From a virus: 39,268 nt of DNA. Under the pieces are notes generated by a model. The model was given only the letters and a program-made list of their open reading frames with translations. It did not search any database and was not told the DNA's origin. Within the stretch, counting starts at the first letter, position 1. Each line of letters opens with the position of its first letter. This document shows, piece by piece, positions 34,201-39,268 of this stretch. The translations under genes were made by a program, and so were the position numbers. The DNA is taken from the IMG/VR virus record IMGVR_UViG_3300045988_110019, positions 1 to 39,268 of that record; one strand, written 5' to 3'.

Positions 34201-35139
34201 ATGAACTACGGATTACCATATATGGGGAGTAAGTCCAAGATAGCGGAATGGGTTGTTTCAAATCTTCCTTCAGCTGATATCTGGATAGAGCCTTTTGCCG
34301 GAGGATGTGCCGTCACTCATGCCGCCATTTTATCCGGTAAGTATAAACATTTTATTATTAATGACATAACGGATAGTACTAAAACATTCATTTATGCAAT
34401 TAAAGGAGGATTTAAGAACGAAAACCGCTGGATAAGCCGAGAAGACTTTTTCCGGTTGAAGGATACGGATCCCTATGTACGTATATGTTTTTCCTTCGGA
34501 AACGATCAGAGGACTTACTGTTATGGTGATATAGAGCCTTATAAGCGTGCGTTTCATTATGCCGTGTTTAATGATTTTAAGCCATTTGCAGAGCTTAGAA
34601 TACTTATTCCAGATTGCGTCTTAAATGGGTGTAAAAACACATATGAAAAGCGTTTAAGGATAAAAAAATTTTTAATCCAGATTAGAAAAGATAAACATGC
34701 AGGCGATTTGCAAAGTTTGGAAAGTTTGGAAAGTTTGGAAAGGTTGCAAAGTTTGGAAAGGTTGGAAAGGTTGCAAAGTTTGGAAAGGTTGCAAAGTTTG
34801 GGAAATTTGCAAAGTTTGCAGGGAGATTATAAGACTATATCCATTCCGACTGATAAGAGCTATGTAATATATTGTGACCCACCATATAAAAACACATCCT
34901 CATACCTTGATGATTTCAATCACGAAGACTTTTATAAATGGGCTTTAAAGCAAGATAATTGCTATATATCGGAATATAATATGCCTGATTCTTTTGTTAG
35001 GATAGCTTTAAAGAGCAAGCTGTCGCTGAAAGCAGCGACAGGGAATAGAAAGATTAAGGAAGAAGGTATATGGGTTTCAAAAGAGAATGTAAATAGGATG
35101 AGTAATGTATATATGCCATTGTTTAAAAACTTTATTTAA
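34201..35139 (+). CDS. dam: DNA adenine methyltransferase (Dam / D12 class) with an internal repeat insertion
   Basis: LPYMGSKSKIAEWV, EPFAGGCAV (motif I) and IYCDPPY (motif IV). Confidence 0.85.
   Translation: MNYGLPYMGSKSKIAEWVVSNLPSADIWIEPFAGGCAVTHAAILSGKYKHFIINDITDSTKTFIYAIKGGFKNENRWISREDFFRLKDTDPYVRICFSFGNDQRTYCYGDIEPYKRAFHYAVFNDFKPFAELRILIPDCVLNGCKNTYEKRLRIKKFLIQIRKDKHAGDLQSLESLESLERLQSLERLERLQSLERLQSLGNLQSLQGDYKTISIPTDKSYVIYCDPPYKNTSSYLDDFNHEDFYKWALKQDNCYISEYNMPDSFVRIALKSKLSLKAATGNRKIKEEGIWVSKENVNRMSNVYMPLFKNFI
34708..34821 (+). repeat. About 12.5 copies of the 9-nt unit TTGSAAAGK, encoding (L-Q/E-S/R)n inside the Dam gene
   Basis: ttgcaaagt ttggaaagt ttggaaagt ttggaaagg ... read directly. 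Translates as LQSLESLESLERLQSLERLERLQSLERLQSLGNLQSLQ. Confidence 0.9.
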
Positions 35140-35145
35140 GATATC

Positions 35146-35514
35146 ATGAAAAAGAATGGATTTCCGGATTTATCGAAGTACGAAATATACCAAAAAATGG
35201 AATCTGATGAATTTATTACATTGGTATTTAAGAGGATTCACAAGGATTTCCTGTTGGATATTACCGGTGAAATGGAAACGGTTCCCGAACTGGGGGATTT
35301 GACCATATTTTGGGACAAGGGAAAGGAATGGAAAGCTTATGTAGCATTATTGACCGACAAGGAGTTTGCGGCACAATACAAAGAATACCCGTATAAGTCC
35401 AGTACACAGGAATGGCACGGATATGCGATAAGATTCCGTAATCCGGAACAGTTGAACAAGATTATAAAATATAAGCCCAATGTTATCCAAAAAGAAGAAA
35501 CCGGCAAAAACTAG
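35146..35514 (+). CDS. Hypothetical protein (122 aa)
   Basis: ORF in the early operon. Confidence 0.55.
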   Translation: MKKNGFPDLSKYEIYQKMESDEFITLVFKRIHKDFLLDITGEMETVPELGDLTIFWDKGKEWKAYVALLTDKEFAAQYKEYPYKSSTQEWHGYAIRFRNPEQLNKIIKYKPNVIQKEETGKN

Positions 35515-35935
35515 CAGCACGGCAAACTTAAAAAAGAAGCTGGACGCTGTGTTTTCCCAGTATGTCAGATTAAGGGATATGATACCTAACACTACGGTGT
35601 TCCGTTGTATCTCGTGCGGTTTTATAAAGCCCATAACACAGGCAGACTGTGGCCATTACATCAACCGCCAGCACATGGCAACCCGTTACAGTGAGGTAAA
35701 TTGTAACGCTCAATGCCGTAACTGCAACCGTTTTGATGAAGGCAATATGCAGGGCTATAGAAGAGGATTGGTGAGGAAGTACGGAGAGAATCAGGTGCTA
35801 ATACTTGAATCGATGAAATACGAGACAAGGAAATACACTGCATTCGAGTACGAGGCATTGATTGCCCATTACAAGAGAGAGGTGAACCGGATTTTGAAAG
35901 AACGAAATTTGACGATACAATGTTTGACCGAATAA
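35480..35935 (+). CDS. ninG: NinG/Rap-family recombination endonuclease
   Basis: KKKLDAVFSQYVRLRD...FRCISCG...DCGHYINRQH...NCNAQCRNCNRFDEGN matches the lambda NinG pattern. Confidence 0.8.
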   Translation: MLSKKKKPAKTSSTANLKKKLDAVFSQYVRLRDMIPNTTVFRCISCGFIKPITQADCGHYINRQHMATRYSEVNCNAQCRNCNRFDEGNMQGYRRGLVRKYGENQVLILESMKYETRKYTAFEYEALIAHYKREVNRILKERNLTIQCLTE

Positions 35936-36864
35936 CCATAAAGGCAAGGATAGATGTGAACGACATAGAGACTATAGTCCTGAAGAACTACCTTAAGGAA
36001 TGTTCGGAGGATGATGAGATCTACTACAAGTCGTCTGCATACTCCAACTTTGACGGATGCACTATCGAAATAAGGGGTGACACCTTGAAGTGCAGTTGCT
36101 CGGTCTGTAAACTATACCATAAGGGGAAATCGGGCAAACTGGACAACAGCCGCCCGATGACCTTCCGAATGGCAGTAAGGACAATAGAAGAACTGTTGCT
36201 CAGGTTGTGCGTAAAAGCGGAGAATGCAGTAGTGACCTATTATGAGATAGGGGTTACAATGAAGATGATCCGTCCGGCAGATGAGTATATAAGACTTGTG
36301 GACAGCATAGCGGAACGTACCTTGTGGAATGATGCCAACTATCAGGAGTACCGGCAGAAAACGACCGAAAAGAGTAAGTATTACCGCAAGATATTGAAGA
36401 TTTATGATAAGACTTACGAGGCAAAGGAGAAGAAAAGGACGGTAGGCAGCAATATACTTCGCATTGAGACGGTGTACAAGCATCAGTCGGTACCGCTACC
36501 CCAATTGATAGACAATGTGTCGCTAAACAAGATGGCTAGGATATTTTACAAGGACTGGTCAGAGATACGGTTTGAACGGGAGATAATACCTGCTAAAGGT
36601 GTCAAGCTATCCCAACTAGAGAAAGCCCGTGAAATACAGAGAATTGGCGTCACAAGATACAAGGAACGGTACAGGGCCATGTATATGGAAGGGAAACTCA
36701 CAAAGAAGCAGTGGGAAACCTTACGCACGTTTGCTAATTCATGGGATGTGGAGAAGAAGAAGTATACGGAGGTGATGGGTGAATTGGAGCAGGAATTTAA
36801 GGAAAAATTACTAAACTGTTTTCAAGCATCATCAATCACGCCAATTATTAAAAAATATAACTAA
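35920..36864 (+). CDS. Replication initiation protein (Rep_trans / gene II-like initiator family)
   Basis: MFDRITIK N-terminus. KILKIYDKTYEAKEK and ILRIETVYKH resemble the YDK and R.E motifs of Rep_trans/CRI-type initiators. Confidence 0.5.
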   Translation: MFDRITIKARIDVNDIETIVLKNYLKECSEDDEIYYKSSAYSNFDGCTIEIRGDTLKCSCSVCKLYHKGKSGKLDNSRPMTFRMAVRTIEELLLRLCVKAENAVVTYYEIGVTMKMIRPADEYIRLVDSIAERTLWNDANYQEYRQKTTEKSKYYRKILKIYDKTYEAKEKKRTVGSNILRIETVYKHQSVPLPQLIDNVSLNKMARIFYKDWSEIRFEREIIPAKGVKLSQLEKAREIQRIGVTRYKERYRAMYMEGKLTKKQWETLRTFANSWDVEKKKYTEVMGELEQEFKEKLLNCFQASSITPIIKKYN

Positions 36865-37049
36865 CTGATTATCAAATAATTACATAAAAAGAAAAAGCAC
36901 CTTATGGGGTGTAGGTAAATAATTGTAAATCAGTAAGTTAGTAATAAAAAGATTAGAAATTAACGGTTTTCGGCAACTTGTCTTATACTGCCCGAAGGGT
37001 AGTCGGGACGACTTAAAGAAAGCAGTAAAGAAAAAAGAAAGGTGAGATT

Positions 37050-37340
37050 ATGAATTGCGAGATAAAGGGAAGAATAACGGTTGACCTTGGTGTTACAAGA
37101 AGGGGAGTGACAAGTAAGGGCTTGGATTACGAGATAAGGGAATATGTGATAACCGAGCAGACCCAATTTGGGAAGTCCATGCAGTTTTCGGTGTACAGTG
37201 GTGATGGGCCCGTGAAAGATCCTCTGAAGGTTGGTGATGATGTGATAGTGAATTTCAATGTGTCCGCCAAAGAATACACGGATAAGGACGGAAAGAAAAA
37301 ATGGTTTAACAGTGTACAGGCATGGAAGATACAAAAGTAG
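37050..37340 (+). CDS. DUF3127-like OB-fold protein (putative ssDNA-binding)
   Basis: IKGRITVDLGVT...REYVITEQTQFGKSMQFSVYSG...LKVGDDVIVNFNVSAKEY...KWFNSVQAWKI matches the DUF3127 pattern. Confidence 0.65.
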   Translation: MNCEIKGRITVDLGVTRRGVTSKGLDYEIREYVITEQTQFGKSMQFSVYSGDGPVKDPLKVGDDVIVNFNVSAKEYTDKDGKKKWFNSVQAWKIQK

Positions 37341-37516
37341 CTGTGGTGATCAGATGGAATACATGGAATCGTACCACAATAGAGAAGATGGCTAAGAGAT
37401 TTGGGTTTGAGCCTTATGTGAGCGTGAATCGTAAGACAGGTGCTCTTATAAAAAAGGAGGATATGGATTTACTCGAAGAATGCGCGAGGCGTGGAATTAT
37501 CGAAATATCAAAATAA
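37322..37516 (+). CDS. Hypothetical protein (64 aa)
   Basis: ORF in the early operon. Confidence 0.45.
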   Translation: MEDTKVAVVIRWNTWNRTTIEKMAKRFGFEPYVSVNRKTGALIKKEDMDLLEECARRGIIEISK

Positions 37517-37534
37517 CGAAAAATAAACAATATC

Positions 37535-38320
37535 ATGGAACAGAAAACATTTGAAAAAATAAAGGAAGAACTATTACTGCGCGCCAAGAAAGCAGGAGCC
37601 TGTCAAATAGGTTATGCAATGGGATTAAGGAGTCAAAGCAAAGCTGATATACTTAAGGCTATTACTGATAACTGGTTTTGGGTGTTACGAACAGCAAGAA
37701 TAGTAGATGCAGAATATTTAGAAGACAATTTTACTGAAGAAGAGCTTACGGAAGCTGGTATCTATACACAAAAATACCATGAGGTAACAACGACATCTTT
37801 TGCCTGCGGCAGCGCAACAGTGGAAGCCTGCGGCAGCGCAACAGTGGAAGCCTACGACAGCGCAACAGTGGAAGCCTACGACAGCGCAACAGTGGAAGCC
37901 TGCGACAGCGCAACAGTGAAAGCCTACGGCAGCGCAACAGTGAAAGCCTACGACAGCGCAACAGTGGAAGCCTACGGCAGCGCAACAGTGAAAGCCTACG
38001 ACAGCGCAACAGTGAAAGCCTACGACAGCGCAACAGTGGAAGCCTACGACAGCGCAACAGTGGAAGCCTACGACAGCGCAACAGTGGAAGCCTGCGACAG
38101 CGCAACAGTGAAAGCCTACGGCAGCGCAACAGTGAAAGCCTACGACAGCGCAACAGTGAAAGCCTACGACAGCGCAACAGTGGAAGCCTACGAAAATTCT
38201 TATGTTGAGGATTTAACAGGTAATATTAGGCCCCAGTCTGGATATGCAGTAATCAAGGATTATTACAACCATAAGATTTACATCAAAAAAGGGAGATATC
38301 AGATTGTAGAGGTTGATTAA
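37535..38320 (+). CDS. Repeat protein: globular N-terminal domain plus 16 octapeptide repeats A-[CY]-[GD]-SATV-[EK]
   Basis: 261-aa ORF. The repeat region translates in frame with no stops. Confidence 0.7.
   Translation: MEQKTFEKIKEELLLRAKKAGACQIGYAMGLRSQSKADILKAITDNWFWVLRTARIVDAEYLEDNFTEEELTEAGIYTQKYHEVTTTSFACGSATVEACGSATVEAYDSATVEAYDSATVEACDSATVKAYGSATVKAYDSATVEAYGSATVKAYDSATVKAYDSATVEAYDSATVEAYDSATVEACDSATVKAYGSATVKAYDSATVKAYDSATVEAYENSYVEDLTGNIRPQSGYAVIKDYYNHKIYIKKGRYQIVEVD
37802..38193 (+). repeat. 16.3 copies of a 24-nt tandem repeat (gcctRcgRcagcgcaacagtgRaa)
   Basis: Counted directly. Units start at 37802 with a period of 24. A partial 17th unit follows at 38186-38193. Confidence 0.95.
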
Positions 38321-38385
38321 TAGCTTGATGATAATACAATTAGAATTTAATTGCGAATAATTACCATTTACCTGACATCAGGAAA

Positions 38386-38895
38386 ATGGCTCAAAACGGA
38401 ATAGAAATGAGTGAAACAAAAATAATATTAGATGCCTGTTGTGGCAGTAGGATGTTTTGGTTTGATAAGAAGAATCCAAACGTTCTTTTCCAAGATATTC
38501 GTGATGTCGAATATGTTTTATGCGATGGTCGTAAGCTGGAAGTCCATCCTGATGTGGTTGCCGACTTTACAGCAATGCCGTATTCGGACAGTTCTTTTAA
38601 ACTTGTAGTCTTTGATCCTCCACACCTTGATAATGCGAACGAGGGTGCATATATGGCTCAAAAGTATGGAACGCTTCGACGGTTTAAGTGGCAGGAAGAT
38701 ATAAAGAAAGGATTCAGCGAATGTATGCGAGTGCTTGAACCGAACGGAGTGCTGATTTTCAAATGGAACGAAACTCGTATTCCTGTAAGACGAATATTGG
38801 AGATAATCAATGAGCGGCCGCTATTCGGGCATAAGTCCGGAAAAGCATCTAAAACTCATTGGATGTGCTTTATGAAATTGCCAATTAATTCTTAA
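38386..38895 (+). CDS. Small SAM-dependent methyltransferase, probable DNA N6A/N4C methylase
   Basis: Motif I-like ILDACCGSRMFWF followed by motif IV-like VVFDPPHL, then LEPNGVLIFKW. Confidence 0.6.
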   Translation: MAQNGIEMSETKIILDACCGSRMFWFDKKNPNVLFQDIRDVEYVLCDGRKLEVHPDVVADFTAMPYSDSSFKLVVFDPPHLDNANEGAYMAQKYGTLRRFKWQEDIKKGFSECMRVLEPNGVLIFKWNETRIPVRRILEIINERPLFGHKSGKASKTHWMCFMKLPINS

Positions 38896-38905
38896 CCGAA
38901 CAGAT

Positions 38906-39142
38906 ATGAATATAGACACAGAGTTTAATGTAGGTGATAGTGTATGTTACCTAAGTGGTGACAATATCTGTCATTCCACTATAAGCAAAATTACTATTGA
39001 AATATCCTATACAGATAGAAGTTTTTTAATGGTTTACAAATTGTCTGACGGCTTAAGTGTGCCTAGAAACAACTATCCACAATGGGGGAAAAGGCTTTTT
39101 AGAGACAAAAAGAGTTTAATAAAATATTTATCAGAATTATAA
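38906..39142 (+). CDS. Hypothetical protein (78 aa)
   Basis: ORF in the co-directional string. Confidence 0.5.
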   Translation: MNIDTEFNVGDSVCYLSGDNICHSTISKITIEISYTDRSFLMVYKLSDGLSVPRNNYPQWGKRLFRDKKSLIKYLSEL

Positions 39143-39152
39143 CGGAACAGAA

Positions 39153-39268
39153 ATGAATGATGGAGTTTATTTTGACCAAAATGGTAACGAGGTAATCGTA
39201 ATCAATGGATTTGAATATTCACGAGAAGAATTTGATTCCCTTGTGAATATATGTGGAGATTGCAATAT
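39153..39268 (+). CDS. Small ORF spanning the circular junction (39 aa; continues to the stop at window position 57-59)
   Basis: MNDGVYFDQNGNEVIVINGFEYSREEFDSLVNICGDCNM, then TAA once the 55-nt overlap is collapsed. Confidence 0.45.
   Translation, partial: MNDGVYFDQNGNEVIVINGFEYSREEFDSLVNICGDCN
39214..39268. repeat. Terminal direct repeat, identical to 1..55
   Basis: Exact 55-nt identity with the window start. Confidence 0.95.

Larger units (their letters stand above)
1..39268. mobile_element. Complete circular temperate tailed-phage genome (HK97-fold capsid, siphovirus-like tail), probable Bacteroidota host
   Basis: Full set of terminase, portal, protease, capsid, tail, lysis, integrase, repressor and replication genes. 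Exact 55-nt terminal overlap. TAnnTTTG promoter motifs and Bacteroidota-typical protein families. Confidence 0.85.

Noticed and set aside
36960-37334. 124-aa minus-strand ORF
   Set aside because: It overlaps the DUF3127-like gene, which has a recognisable family pattern, and it extends into an intergenic regulatory gap.
37746-38177. 143-aa minus-strand ORF (RCRRLSLL/RCRRLPLL repeats) across the 24-nt repeat array
   Set aside because: It is the antisense reading of the repeat. Extreme Arg/Cys/Leu composition, no upstream signals, and all neighbouring genes are on the plus strand.
37802-38193. Possible CRISPR array or DGR variable region
   Set aside because: The units are contiguous with no spacers, so this is not a CRISPR array. 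No reverse transcriptase or template repeat exists anywhere in the genome, and the variation is G/A only rather than adenine-specific to any base, so it is not a DGR.

Overview
The window is a complete, circularly closed genome of about 39.2 kb from a temperate tailed phage. The first 55 nt are repeated exactly at the end, so the unique length is 39,213 bp. The phage is HK97-like with a siphovirus-type tail, and the host is almost certainly a Bacteroidota (Bacteroides, Parabacteroides or Prevotella-like) bacterium. Host evidence: TAnnTTTG-type promoters, a Bacteroides-type tyrosine integrase, and DUF4494-, DUF3127- and DUF4886-like proteins.

Layout. One long rightward transcription direction runs from the early/replication genes (31.5-39.2 kb) across the junction into an HNH gene, a candidate cos region and the terminase. 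It continues through the head, tail and tail-fibre genes (2.2-21 kb), a small acidic-protein operon, a lysis cassette, and a block of unknown genes. A leftward lysogeny module occupies 27.3-31.2 kb: CI-like repressor, cargo genes, integrase.

Most interesting observations:
- A tRNA gene with perfect acceptor, D and T arms but a roughly 62-nt insertion in the anticodon loop.
- A 16-copy 24-nt in-frame tandem repeat that varies only by G/A at three positions.
- A 9-nt repeat tract inside a Dam-family methylase, which is one of three DNA methyltransferases.
- Lysogeny-module cargo: an orphan HicB-like protein coupled to a small membrane protein, an exported protein and an unannotated 59-aa ORF.
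- An operator-flanked operon of small, very acidic proteins next to a small HTH gene (Acr/Aca-like architecture).
- A holin / lysin / unimolecular-spanin-like lysis cassette.
- A tail fibre with an SGNH/DUF4886 esterase domain.
- An A9 slippery site that joins the two tail-chaperone ORFs by a -1 frameshift.

All family assignments rest on motif recognition by eye. No database search was run.
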